Source of the DNA: Octopus vulgaris
Taxonomy: Eukaryota
NCBI GenBank assembly: GCA_951406725.2
Contig: OX597817.1
Location: 36,952,001 to 37,016,000, forward strand
Direction: 5' to 3'
DNA: 64,000 nt
Shown: piece after piece, positions 40,172 to 53,240 of the stretch
Numbering within the stretch: the first letter of the stretch is position 1
How the letters are laid out: each line of letters starts with the position of its first letter
Made by a program: the position numbers and the translations under genes
Notes under the pieces: generated by a model
What the model was told of the DNA's origin: nothing
Database searches by the model: none
The model's input: the letters and a program-made list of their open reading frames with translations, nothing else

Positions 40172-40445
40172 TATACATAAAAGTAAATAAATGGTACAAC
40201 GAAGCACCGATATCTACTGGAAAATAGCGAACGTAATAAATACGACGCTAATGTATAGCTTCACTGCGTATGTACTAGTAAAGATGCGTGTGTGCAACAA
40301 ACATGAAAAAAATTGTCTTACCTCTAGGAAAAACATCTGAAAAATGAAAAACCTACCATTTATTTACTTTTATGTATAATTTTACCCTCACGGGCTATCC
40401 TTTACTGGAAAGCAATACTCTAGTATTGCATTACTATTTTCATTT
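40172..40445. mobile_element. element with a perfect 25-bp inverted repeat, inserted in (TA)n
   Basis: TATACATAAAAGTAAATAAATGGTA at 40172-40196 and its reverse complement at 40354-40378; (TA)n flanks. Confidence 0.6.
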
Positions 40446-41869
40446 ATATATATATATATATGTATGTATGTATATCGTTTACTATATGTTTTAGAAGATT
40501 CTCCTGTGAGTGTTTCTTATAGGAAAACTCACCCTAAGCCCTAGGGACGATTTCTTCGACTGAAGGTGGTGCTCCAGCATGGCCACAGTGAAATGACTGA
40601 AACAAGTAAAAGAATAAAAGAGGACATATATAATCATACTAAATGTATATACATCATTAGAAGGTACACTGCTCTTAAATTGTCTGAGGTAAAATCTTTT
40701 CATAGACTTGTATTAAAACAATATATATTGGAACGGGAACAACAAACACGCTCCGCTTTTCTTATGAATTTGTCCAGTGTAGTTTACTAATGAAAATTTG
40801 GTTACTGGTAATTCGTGGTCACGTATGATTAAGTGAAAATCTATTATTTTTAAATAATAAACCATGGACCATGAGTTTATCGTCGATTAAATGATTTTGC
40901 TTTGCTCAGTAAGCGCTTTTTACTGATTTCTATTGCATCTGAATAGGGAAATCTATTGACGTATCGTTTATTTTAACCAAATCTTCTGAGCAAACCCGGC
41001 ATATTTGAATGTTATTTAGAAAGTAAAAGTTCCACGTATTTTACAAAGATGGAGAAACTTTCTGAAAAAAAAAAAGAATGTAAGAATCATGAATAATATG
41101 CAAAATGACTCGTACAAGCTTTAACGCCTATAATTAGACAATATCAATGCATCTTTTTTATATATATATATATATAAAATATACTGACCAATGTGCAGAT
41201 CGGAAAATATATATGTTGGATACTTGAACAAACAATATCTAGAAATGGAATCAAAATTCAGAAGAAATTGAATATTGATGTTGTGTAAACGTGAATGAAC
41301 ATCCACACTGTGAGCATCTGAATGTGTGGAATCATATTCCTGAAAATTTCAGTGATTTTTGAAATTCTTACGAAGCTATCTTTACCTATATTCTACTCAA
41401 CGCAATCCTATGAGAAATTGTTCCCAGCTTTGAGTAATACAAAACCAAATCAAACAAACAAAATGAGAATGCCTTCGTCACTTCTTGCATCCCATTAAAC
41501 TGTATGAGAGGTATCACTCCCATTAAGGAACTGTTTTCTTGCATAAGCAACAGAAAGTCTATAAAATTAAGAAACTTCATAATTTCATTTTATTAATCTA
41601 GTTTTATGAATATAATTTTATCCATAGCGAACATAGGTCGCTTCCTTTAGGCTTTAACACCACAAACCGAAATATATAGTCACATATAAGTGAAGCTTCA
41701 ATAAGAGGACTATTTGAAATATTAAGATTTATTGTTTTTTGCTTAACTGTAGTAGGAATATATATAAGAAGGTGTCATGAGAAAAAAATTCATTGTAGAC
41801 AATATACTCTACATATATATTAAGTGCTTCTACATCATTGACAAATTGTCTCATTTGAAAACATTCATC

Positions 41870-41915
<46 letters not shown>

Positions 41916-42613
41916 TGAGTGAGTGTGTGAGTGAGTGTGTTCAAATGAGACATTTTAAACTGTGAACCGTGGTATTTAACTCACAGATAACAGCGGTGTT
42001 CATTTCTAGTCGCCAAACATAATTAACAATAATGCTGCGGGTGAGAATCGAGCGGTGTAACACTTGCAAAGATACAAAGAAATTTGGTAGCCATTACATC
42101 ACAGGAGTGCAACAGCTATCTAACGTATCTGATATTAGACACAGACATTTTATCTATGGCAACTCCATCATATTTAATAGGAATCTATCGCGTGTTTCGT
42201 ATAGATGTGCACTAACAAAGTTGAAGTCAGCCGACGCCGAGTTCGCTTAATTTCCTTTTAACATACAATATAATAAGCTATTCAATCATGGTTCAGTATA
42301 AGAAATTACCAAACAAGGTTACACAAAAGAGTGAACACACACACACAAATCCAGAACTATAGACTGACAAAATTATACGTTCGTTGGTCCAGATGCTTTA
42401 TGCCATTTTACTTGGCTCTTTGCGTTCTTTGGACAAATCAGCAAGCCTCTACTTTGTGAACGTCAATCGATCATTGCTTTTCCAACACCAACATCTGGTC
42501 TTTAGGTGTCATTAGCGGAGTCCTCTTTGTTGCAAGTATTCATACCGTTTCTCCGGTCTGAGTCACGGAGACTCTGCACATTGGGACTCTCCTTAAATAC
42601 CACTCAAAGGTAG

Positions 42614-42781
<168 letters not shown>

Positions 42782-42945
42782 CATTTCTCTGTCATATATA
42801 TTTATAAATAATATGGGTGACTAATTCGCAATTCTACCACATTAAGGCAAAAATATATACATCTCTAAAGTGAACAAGAGCACTAATCAGCACCATTATT
42901 GCTAGAAATAAGCGTCAAAACATCTCAGTACCCAACAAAAGCACC

Positions 42946-43104
42946 ATCTTAATGAGCTGACAAGGAAGACAAGCTCCTTATGGTCGCAGATACAGCCAGA
43001 TCATCGATGGGTTCGCATTCTGATACTTAATGCATCTTAACGATCATCAGTGGCTCTCACCGCGTCTAGGGTTAAACTCATCTCACCTTGTCAGCTTATA
43101 AGAT
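42946..43104 (-). ncRNA. degenerate type I hammerhead at the tip of a long rod-like stem (retrozyme-like)
   Basis: Minus strand AGCCA-CUGAUGA-UCGUU/AAUGC helix II-GAA-CCCAUCGAUGA-UC-UGGCU, extended by CGCGG/CUGCG, GAGAUGAGUUU/GAGCUUGUCUU and AGCUGACAAGG/CCUUGUCAGCU. Confidence 0.6.
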
Positions 43105-44295
43105 TTCCATTGAGATCATACATTTATTTCCAAAACAGTGAAAGTGAAAATTATATATGTGGGTGACTAATTCGCAATTTTACGACCTAAAGGGAAAAAA
43201 ATATATATATATATATATATCACCATATAGGCAATAGTCTACAGGCTTTTCGATGTTTTTCCATCATCGCAATCTCTTCCGACACACACTCACAGGTAAA
43301 CTAGCTAAACTGTAATTAAAATGATACAACATATACATCTTACCTACTGGAGTAACTTAACCGAACTGATTTGACACATAATTATAGAGATGCTATAATA
43401 TAACAATATTCCTTCTCTATTCTGACATGAATTAACTGTAAAGTGATATCAGCCTTTCGATAATGAATTATTTATGAGACATTTCAAGAGCAGTCAATCA
43501 ATTCACAGGGTTTATATATCGCCGAATCGATACACATGAATATAATTCTAATGTATTCCACCTCCATCACAAGAACGACAACTTTAATTTAAAGTCATCA
43601 AGCAATGGCCGTTATATCTGCCGAATATTTAGCTGTAATAAACAGACACACGTTAACGGCTTCACTGAAATATAGAATCTATTTCCTTAGATTCAAGTTC
43701 AGTTATTCCGAGCTGAAATTTGATCTAATGTATGTATTGCAACATATACTTTGGACTTTACAGATGTCGGGTACATACACATACAAGCATAAAGAAATGT
43801 ATAACTACATACATATAACAATGAACACACACACATACACACACACAAATAATGCACATATGTATACAAACTCAATAAATTGAATCTGAGTGAAAGAAAT
43901 CCAAATGTAACTTTGTCCACTTCTCCAATTTCCAGTTGGAGATTCACCTTACATACACACACACACGTGCGCGTGTGTACGGCATGTCTACATTGAATCA
44001 TAAATATACTTTTCGATATTACAATTAATTTAAACCCGAATGATCTCAGTAACACACAACTGAATATAAAGCGACCAATTGTTCATTTGAATATGTAGAA
44101 TGGAATTTATTATACTAAATCACGCAAAAAAGGAAACTAAATTTTCGCATGATTTTACTAACTTAATGATTTATGATTTTCGCAACACAAAACGCTTTTA
44201 TTTTGTTTATGTGCATATATATGCGAGTGTGTGGCATTTGCATTTAAGTATGTAAGCATTTGTGTGTGAGTATGTATATGGTGCAGCCCTCTCAC

Positions 44296-44560
44296 CTTTT
44301 TCCATGCCAGCAGGTACAATTTAAGTTTACATACAACGTGGGCTCTACCAGTTTCTGGCCTTTCGCTTCTTCGTTTTTCCTTTTGGTGTTTTCTTCTTTG
44401 TTCTTGCCCATCCTGTTACCTTTGGATTGCAGCGCATCAATTGTCCTCGCTGTGTTAGTTTTCCGTCTGCCTCTGTTATTCACCACAGTCCAGCTCTGAC
44501 TGTCCTCGTTGCAGCCGTTGCTGCTGTCGGTGTTGTTTCGGGGGCCAGTGGTGTTCGCAT
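44296..44560 (-). CDS. candidate exon or LINE ORF1-like fragment (unknown product)
   Basis: 87 stop-free codons (ANTTGPRNN...SWTVVNNRGRRK...LYVNLNCTCWHGK) in a GC-richer island, ending at AAG|GTGAGA; acceptor weak. Confidence 0.3.
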
Positions 44561-44684
44561 CTTTGTAAACTAATTTTTAACACTACACAGGATACACAAA
44601 ACCTCACACTTTGAAAATAAGTGAAACCGGTTAAATTAATGAATCCTTTCAAAAAACTCCTCTTTTCCTTATAGATATATATTA

Positions 44685-45045
44685 TTTTATTTGTTTCAGT
44701 CATCTGATTGCGGCCGTGCTGGAGCACCGCCTTGAAAGGTTTTAGTCGAACAAGTCGACCCCAGGACCTACTGTTTTTAAAAGCGTAGTACTTATTCTAT
44801 CGGTTCTTTTTGTTTGCCGAACAGCTAAGTTACGTGGATGTAAACACACCAACATTAGTTGTCAAGCGGTGATGATGGTCAAACATAAAGACACACATAT
44901 TTAAGTATATATATATATATATATATATACACGACGGGCTTCTTTCAGTTTCCGTCAACGAAACCCACTCATAAGGCCTTGATCCGCCCGAGGCTATAGT
45001 AGAAGACACCTGACCAAAGTGTCACACAATGGAAATGAACCAGGA

Positions 45046-45049
<4 letters not shown>
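44685..45049 (-). mobile_element. SINE family A
   Basis: Reverse-complement match. Confidence 0.85.
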
Positions 45050-45107
<58 letters not shown>

Positions 45108-47267
45108 AGACTATTTTAGAATGTTACTACAATGCACGTAATGGACCGTAAACAGAAGCAAAACCAAAACAGAAGATCATTGTTTACTTTTTTAACTTTT
45201 GATATTTTGGGTTTAATAAACCCAAATCCATATAAAAACTATGGTAGACAATTTAGCACCGTTTACATAAACCAAAATAGCGAAGCAGTTCGTTTTCTCA
45301 TATAACAATGAGATGGGTTTCCCTGAGTGTCAAAATGAAACACAATGCCTGTTGGCGATTCGATTTCACACAGGCTTGCACATATACCAGCTGCCTCATT
45401 AAAAGTCTCGATATATGTTTACAATCCAGCATTATACATCAGATAATTTGAAATAAATGTGCTGGGTATTAATTCGATAGCATCATTTATATAGACGTCC
45501 ACCCACAAGAAAGACACCCAGAGAGCCAAGCCAAAGATTTTCACTAATACAACAAAAGTGACATAACAAAATACCGGAAATTTAAGGATTTAAGAAAATA
45601 TCTTTGCAACTAAACTGAATCCAACTATTAATGAGGTATGAAGTGGGCCATAATGACTGACTTTAAGACTACCAGCCTTCACATGCCTAGTCCCCCGGCT
45701 CCAAAGCTAGTGTGAGGTATATAACTACTTAGTTATTCGTATGAGCGCTGTTGCAGTTAGCTCGGCCTCCACTCATTGTTCTAGTCTTGCGTATGTTTTA
45801 TTTCTGTTAACATTCCAATCCTTTTTCCTCCATTGTTGCAACTTAATGGCTTTCCTAAACACTTAATCTATTTTACTAATCTTCATATAAGCTATAATAT
45901 TCTGGTGTATATATTCACAAATGTACACACAGATATGTGGAAGTAACGGTTGTGTGTAAATATTTTACAAAGGTTGTCTGCAAACTTCATAAGTGTTTCT
46001 GCAGATCTTAGAATGAGTAAAATGAATTAGTGTAATTCACATTTGCCTGGAATAAATGGTAGTGAAAAAGAAATATGCAATATATCATTTCTCTCTTTAA
46101 AGAACTATCAAACGAATCTCAGTGTAAAACACACAGCATATAATGATGGTTAATCTAGTAGAAAATAAGATTAATGATACCGTTTACAGAAGAAAAGGTA
46201 AGCTTGTATTTATTACTGATATCATCGTACCTGCTGTATGTGTGGCATGTCAAAAGAAAATATCTCTTATTTCTTTATATCTTATTCATAGACAAAATTA
46301 CACATTTTTGATAGGAAATGCTTGGCATGTCATATGTTCGAAGAAAGTGGTTTATGAAATGATTAACTGTGAAAATAGGAATAAAAGAAAGCAGAATATA
46401 TCGTATCTTATATCATATATATTTGATAGTCTTTACGTTGCCACCTTATATTAATTACATTTAAACATTATAAGGTACTTTTATCCTCTCACACACTTTC
46501 TCATTGTATCACTCGTATACAGATATATGTTTACAGATAAATACATATAGATGCTAAAACTTTCGAGGAGTGTCACCACTTTGATAAGTTTTTGTTGATT
46601 CTTGGAATTCATCGGAAGATACAATTGTAGGCACAAGCAGCAAGCGTATTCGCTGGTCCGTAACCTAAATTATATTTGACTTGTAGTGTAGCCACACTTA
46701 TCGACACCAGAAGTGTCATAGAATATCGAATGACACCCCAATAAAAGTGATTATATTCGACGAGCCCATTATTTCACAGCTGTATTCACAGGGATTAATA
46801 ACGGTATTTTTTAAATTTGTATTTTTTAACGTGTATATTATATATCAATTGGTTCCAAAATACTTGACCATGCCGGTATAACTGAAGTAACTTAGTGGTT
46901 TAAATGTAATATTTCGAAGATCTCTTGTGGCATGCCCCTAGAGTTACGCACATATGTAGAAAAGCATTCAAATACATTTATAAAATGTATAGTGTTCACA
47001 CACAGGCTTTTATATGTATATATATTTATCTGTGTGTGCATGTGTGTGTATTTGTTTGTGTGTGTGTGTGTGTTTTTATGTATGTATACACCCAGACGCA
47101 CATTTTGTCTTTTCGGCGAAGTGTGTAGCATTCTCCCTTTTTCTCTATTTATCTATTTATCTATCTATCTGTCTGTCTGTCTGTCTGTCTGTGTAAATCT
47201 ACGTGCGTTGCGAGGATATGGACGCATATATACACATATATATATACATATATATATAAAGGATTAA

Positions 47268-47541
47268 CACCCATTTCGGTCACGAATGACCATGAGATTG
47301 CACCTAGCAAATTCCCCTCCGAGGCTCAAGTTCGACAGTTTCCTATGCATACCAATCGCCCCTCTCCACGCCACCGATGTTGTCCAAGGGAAAGACAAAC
47401 GCCGATTCTGCTCGGTACTAGTGCACTAAAACTCGTTTCTACAGCTGGGTGAACGGGAGCAACGTGAAATAAAGTGTCTTGCTTAAGAATACATGACACG
47501 ATTGTTAGCACGACGCCCGAACCACTGAGCCAGACACCTTC
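47268..47541 (-). mobile_element. SINE family D
   Basis: Reverse complement of 22146-22476 with deletions. Confidence 0.75.
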
Positions 47542-47714
47542 ACTACGCACATACACACACAAACAGTCACGCGTGCTAGCACACACGGAAACGCAAAGAG
47601 ACAGAAGAGAAGACTAAGAGATCGAATCACAAACATTCTTTATACTCTAATCAATGGTACCGATACCGTTTGGCTCAAATATAAAGATAAAGATTCTGTC
47701 TTTGACATGTATAT

Positions 47715-48148
47715 ATTCTTTCCTACTCTAGGCAATAGGCCCGAAATTTTTGGGGAGGATGCCAGTCGATTAGATCGGCCCCAGTACGCAACTGGTGCTT
47801 AATTTATCGACCCTGAAGAGAAGAAAGGCTAAGTCGACCTCGGCGGAATTTGAATTCAGAACATAAAGACAGACGAAATACCGCTAAGAATTTCACCCAG
47901 CGTGCTAACGTTTTCGCTAGGTCGCCGCCTTAATCCTTTCTATTCTTGGCACAAGAACTGAGGTTTTGGGAGAGCAGACTAGTCGCTAACATAGACCCCA
48001 GACTTTCATTGGTTCTTAATTTATCAACCGCGAAAATATGCAAGGCAAAGTTGACCTCGGTGGAATTTGAACTCAGAACGTAACAGCAGACGAAATACCT
48101 CTAGGCATTTCGCCGGGTGTGCTAACGAATCTGCCAGCTCACCACCTT
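47715..48148 (-). mobile_element. two tandem SINE family B copies
   Basis: Two ~215-bp units, each matching family B. Confidence 0.85.
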
Positions 48149-48517
48149 ATGTTAGGTATATATTACATTATACATTATACAGAATTCTCAAGTATGAAGA
48201 AAAATAATCACACTATATAACCAGTAGAAATAAAACAAAATATCATAGCTTCTTTTAGATGCAGGCATGACCTGGTGGCATCTACCATACATTTGTTAAT
48301 TAATTTTGGTGTCTATATAGACGCCTCAAAAATGCTGCCATTAATTCAATAGAACGTCGCGGATATGGTGAGGAGAGGACATATATACCCAGCACAAAGA
48401 TGGTGCTCAGTTTGTGCTGAGTGGAACAATGTGAATTATAACGCTTTGCCGCCCGGTCTACTGTTCAAACCCGCGCTGTGATGATCACCAGACCATGCAT
48501 CTTTTTAAAGTATGGTT

Positions 48518-48900
48518 AGGAGTGGTTTTGTGGTAAGAAGCTAGCTTCCTAACCACTTGATTCCATGTTCAGTCCCACTGTGTGTCATCTTGGGCAAATA
48601 TCTTTAACTGTAACCTTGGGCCGACCAAAGCTTTGGGAGTGGATTTGGTAGTCGGAAACTGAAAATAAAACCATCGTATATGTGTGTGTATATAATTTTC
48701 AAAATGTGACCGCGAGTGTACCGTTGGCGATTTTTTTTCCTCTGTCTTCCCTTCCCTGGATCTTTCCTTCTGCTATGTTTCCGACGAAGAGCTCCGTTCG
48801 AAACGTTAAACCCTCCTTCTTTCCTTCTTTCCTGAGCGTCCAATATATATTTGTTCCACGTCCTCGCGTTGTTGTGTTTTTTGTGTTTTCTTGTTTGCAT

Positions 48901-48953
<53 letters not shown>

Positions 48954-49137
48954 CCCATCACTTTTGACAACCGGTATTGGTGAGTTTGCCTCCACGTAGT
49001 TTAACGGTTCGGAAAAATGGACCGATATAATAAGTGCCAGGCTTAAAAAATAAGCACTGGGGTCGATCCATTCGAATAAAACTTCAAAGCGGTGGCCCCA
49101 GCATGGCTGCAGTCTAATGACTGAAACAAGTAAAAGA
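48518..49137 (+). mobile_element. SINE family A interrupted by a family G element
   Basis: 5' half at 48518-48680 and 3' half at 48940-49137; insert lies in the internal microsatellite. Confidence 0.85.
48694..48904 (+). mobile_element. family G hammerhead-bearing element (nested)
   Basis: GTTT-CCGACGA-A-GAGC(TCC)GTTC-GAAA-CG-TT-AAAC at 48777-48811. Confidence 0.8.
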
Positions 49138-49191
49138 TATATATATATATGCATGCATGCATATATAAGTATGTATAGACATACACAATGT

Positions 49192-49248
49192 TGAGAAGAA
49201 GAAGAAGAAGAAGAAGAAGAAGAAGAAGAAGAAGAAGAAGAAGAAGAA
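49192..49248. repeat. (GAA)n microsatellite
   Basis: Directly visible. Confidence 0.95.
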
Positions 49249-50249
49249 AGGAGGAATGAAAGATAGAGGAGTGTTTATGCACGCGCATATTTTGATGAGT
49301 ATATGTCTACAGATGAATAAAATTAAATTTGAAAGAAAAAATATAATCTCAAAGCGTAGCAGCAAGACCAACAATAACAACAGCAAAATCAATAATCATA
49401 ACCATGATAATAGTAATAAGAACAACAGCAGCAGCACAATAGACAAATGAAAGAAAAGAAAATATAATGAAAAGCATAATCGAAAAGAAGCATAATTCAC
49501 TGAACGTATTTAGAATTTTAAAAATGAATGTTTCAGCCGTCCCTTTAGGCATTTCGCTGCTGCTAGTAAAGCTATTAGTTACTTGCAACAACAACAACAT
49601 TAACTGCTAAGAAAAAAAAAAAGAAAACAATAAATGAATGTACAAACAACAAAAATATGTGCAGTAGCAATTGAAGTGTTAGGTATCCTGGAAGAGATCC
49701 ATTCTCAAAATAAGTACGGCAAGCAATTTGATTTAAAAATTTATGGTATCATAGGAAAAAAGAAGAAAAACAAAATGTCTACTCAGAGAGATTTAGATAG
49801 ACGCAAAATTAAATTAGACTTGTATGTAATACAATAAAGTATTGTAAGGTTAGGGTTTGTTTAACATAATTATATTACACCTATACTTTAAGATTTGATA
49901 TATTTCCTGTGGTCTTTTATAGTTTTACTACGCTTTGATATTTCCATATAGATTCTATTTTGTTTTCACTTATTGTAATGTGTGATTTAGTCACTTTGCA
50001 ACGCACACACACACGTATGTACACACACACACACACATGTTATTGTGTCTGTCATAAGATTTGCTTTCTTAGAAGTCAGCTTATTTACGTGTGTGCATGC
50101 ATGTGTGTATGTATTATGTGTGTCTGGCAATCTCTCTGACGGTGTGTCTGATTTATTTCACTACGATAAGTAACCAGTTACTATACTAATCTTTATTGGT
50201 TATCCATACATACTCATGAGTACACACACACACGCACACACACAAACGT

Positions 50250-50288
<39 letters not shown>

Positions 50289-51165
50289 TGTCAGACAGTA
50301 GCAGTGCGAAAGGCTATACGGTAGCTATAAACGAAACGTTAAATCTAAATGCACGCAAAATATGAACTCGTTCCACAATATTTAAAAAAGGAATGCAATG
50401 TCCCAACTGAAAGACATTCGGAATTACCGAATAAAATATGTAAATACAATGTGAACCAATGTGCTGTCCCTTCCATAAACGGTTCCTGGATACGCAACGA
50501 ATGTGCAAGCTCATTGGGAAAATTGTGAGTGTGTCATTGCTCAACCCAAATAAATCTCTTCTATAATCTGGTTTGGACTGCAGACTGTGTAAATTTTCAA
50601 CGATATAACAGTAACAGAAATACAGGCATCAGAATGAAATAGTCCACACTAGTAGAATGTAGAACAAAAATAAAAGCAACATAATAGGTAACAAATAAAT
50701 ACATGGAAAATGATATTCTTCCGATATCAGAAAAGAAAATATAACTATAAAACTCTCGAATATATCAAAATGAAATTAGCATCTCAAAGTTTAAAATAAC
50801 AGTTTATGAATTACGTACGATGATACCAGTAGTAAAACTAATTGTAAATGATGTAATCTACAGAACAAATTATTGAACTGACCAATAACAAATTCAAAAA
50901 CAGCTCTAGCAGTGTAGGACAAGGCTCATCCAAACTGGATATGATTACGCGATCGATAAACAGAAAGGGAGCTAATACTGATTTAACAATTCGAAAATGA
51001 TATACAGATAAATCATTTCAGATAAGCAAATTTCATTTTTGTAATATAAAATTATATACACGATAGTAAAATACAAAACCGAAGCCAAAAACAGCATACG
51101 TGGAATAAAGTATAGATGTGCAAAGAAGTTAGACTGTAAAATCCTGCGATGACAATTTTATCTAT

Positions 51166-51217
51166 CGTAACAGCATTCTGATGATGCTTCATAGCCGAAA
51201 TTCATCAAAACTGTACG
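51166..51217 (+). ncRNA. degenerate minimal type I hammerhead motif
   Basis: CGTAACAGCATT-CTGATGA-T-GCT(TCAT)AGC-C-GAAA-TTCA-TC-AAAACTGTACG. Confidence 0.45.
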
Positions 51218-51457
51218 TTTATCTTTCAGGAGATAAGAGTGAGGACTTTGTGAGTATTTTGTTGTCATATAGGCACTCACTAGAATAATCTCCAACATGT
51301 CCTTAATATAACATCTTTGTAAGCAAAATTCTTCTGTGTGTGTGTGAGTGTGTGTTTATATTTATACACACATGGTTGTTCTATAAAGCTAAATTGTTTA
51401 GCTTTATAGAACTAAATTGTTTAGTGTCTAATTCGGCAGTTGAATTTGTCAACGGGC

Positions 51458-51530
51458 AGGTTAGCTTAATGGTAAAGCACTCAGGTGGAGTCTTTGAGGG
51501 ATATGGATTCGAGTCCCATGGCTGATTGTT
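51458..51530 (+). mobile_element. tRNA-like head (SINE or pseudo-tRNA)
   Basis: A box TAGCTTAATGG and B box GGATTCGAGTCC at tRNA-like spacing; anticodon arm irregular. Confidence 0.5.
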
Positions 51531-51746
51531 GACAAATTGTTATGCCTTATAAGGGTAATTAACCCAGTATTTCTGCCGTTCCAACGGCGACTCTGCGTTC
51601 GAAAAAGGGGCTTGTTATTTGTATCGTACAATACACATTTCGACGCTCCCAATAAAAAACAAATCTTTATTAGTTTACAAACACACACACATATATATGA
51701 AGGAACTGTATGCATGCATCTATTGTACGTAAGCATACGTATATAA

Positions 51747-51819
<73 letters not shown>

Positions 51820-52190
51820 ACAGGTATCTTTCAGTTCCTGTCTTCCAAAACCACTCACAAGGTTTTGGTCGGCCCAAGGGTATAGTAGAAAACCTCTGTA
51901 GAAGTTTCCACGATGTGGGACTGAACCCGGACGAAATACCGCCGCGGCGGACGAAATACCTATTTCTTTACTACCCACAAGGGGCTAAACACAGAGAGGA
52001 CAAACAAGGACAGACAAACGGATTAAATCGATTACATCGACCCCAGTGCGTAACTAGTACTTTATTTATCGACTCGAAAGGATGAAAGGCAAAGTCGACT
52101 TCTGCGGAATTTGAACTCAGAATGTAACAGCAGACGAAATACGGCTACGCATTTCGCCCGGCGTGCTAACGTTTCTGTCAGCTCGCCGCT
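51820..52190 (-). mobile_element. SINE family B (51930-52190) abutting a family A 5' fragment (51820-51929)
   Basis: Reverse-complement matches to both families. Confidence 0.85.
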
Positions 52191-52397
52191 TTTAATTCTA
52201 TCAATCCGCTAACGCTATAGCTATCTTCTGTATCATTATATTCTGTGTCACTATGTAATTGTATCTGTTTACCTCAGTGCATATACATACACACATATAT
52301 ACACATATATTTGATACATACAGTCACACACATATTCATATGCATAAACATCGTTTTTTTCTTTATATATGCTATTTATATATCTGACTGTATGTAT

Positions 52398-52786
52398 AGG
52401 CACAGGGGTGGCTGTGTGATAAGTAGCTTAATTTTCAGCAACATAGTTCCGGGCTCAGTCCCACTGCGTGGCACTTTGTGCGAGTGTCTTCTAGTATTAC
52501 CTCGGGCCGACCAAAGACTTGTGAGTGGATTTGGAAAATAGAAACTTGAAGAATCCCCTCGTATATATGTGTGAGTGTGTATGTATGTGTGTTTTTGTGT
52601 TTGTCCCTCATCACCGCTTGATAACCCATAAACCAGCGGACCGGCAAAAGAGACCGATAGAATAAGTACTAGACTTAGTTAATAAATAACTCTTGTGGTT
52701 GATTTGTCCGACTAAAAGAACCTTCGAGGTGGTGCTCCAGCTTGGCCACAATCAAATGACGGAAACAAGTAAAAGAATAAAAGAGT
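52398..52786 (+). mobile_element. SINE family A
   Basis: Colinear, more diverged copy. Confidence 0.85.
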
Positions 52787-53039
52787 AGAGAGAGAAAGAG
52801 AGAGAGAAAGGGAACTATTTGCGTGTGACTGTATGTGTCATACATGCATATTTGTGCAAATATCTGCAAATAATTATAAACATGTGCACAATCTCACATA
52901 CATACAGGCGTACGTACCTATATACTTATATATTTATGTGCGTGTGTCTGAGTGCAGAGTAATTCGAGAGTTTCTTCAGCATTTACATAAAGCGCCCCTT
53001 TTGCATTCATTCTTTGGCTTCTCTTAATACGTCCCTCCT

Positions 53040-53240
53040 CTTCAGCGCAGTCTTCGCTCATCTTCTCACGGTATTCTTTTCCAACCCCAGCTTCAATCCT
53101 TCCCCCATTGTTGACTGTCACGCCTCAAAGATTCCAAGATAGCTGTTCGACTACCGTTCTTACTGCTACCAGCTGGAGACACCCGGGGAGTTTGATTTAT
53201 GTATACCCAGGCAAGTGAACAGGATTACCATCATACTGCG
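53040..53240 (-). mobile_element. possible decayed R4/Dong-type LINE RT fragment (alternative: + strand exon 53046-53210)
   Basis: Minus-strand frames give LP....IK, SYLGIFEA and, about 13 codons later, KEY.RR, resembling YKYLGILEAD...KEY.RR. Confidence 0.4.
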
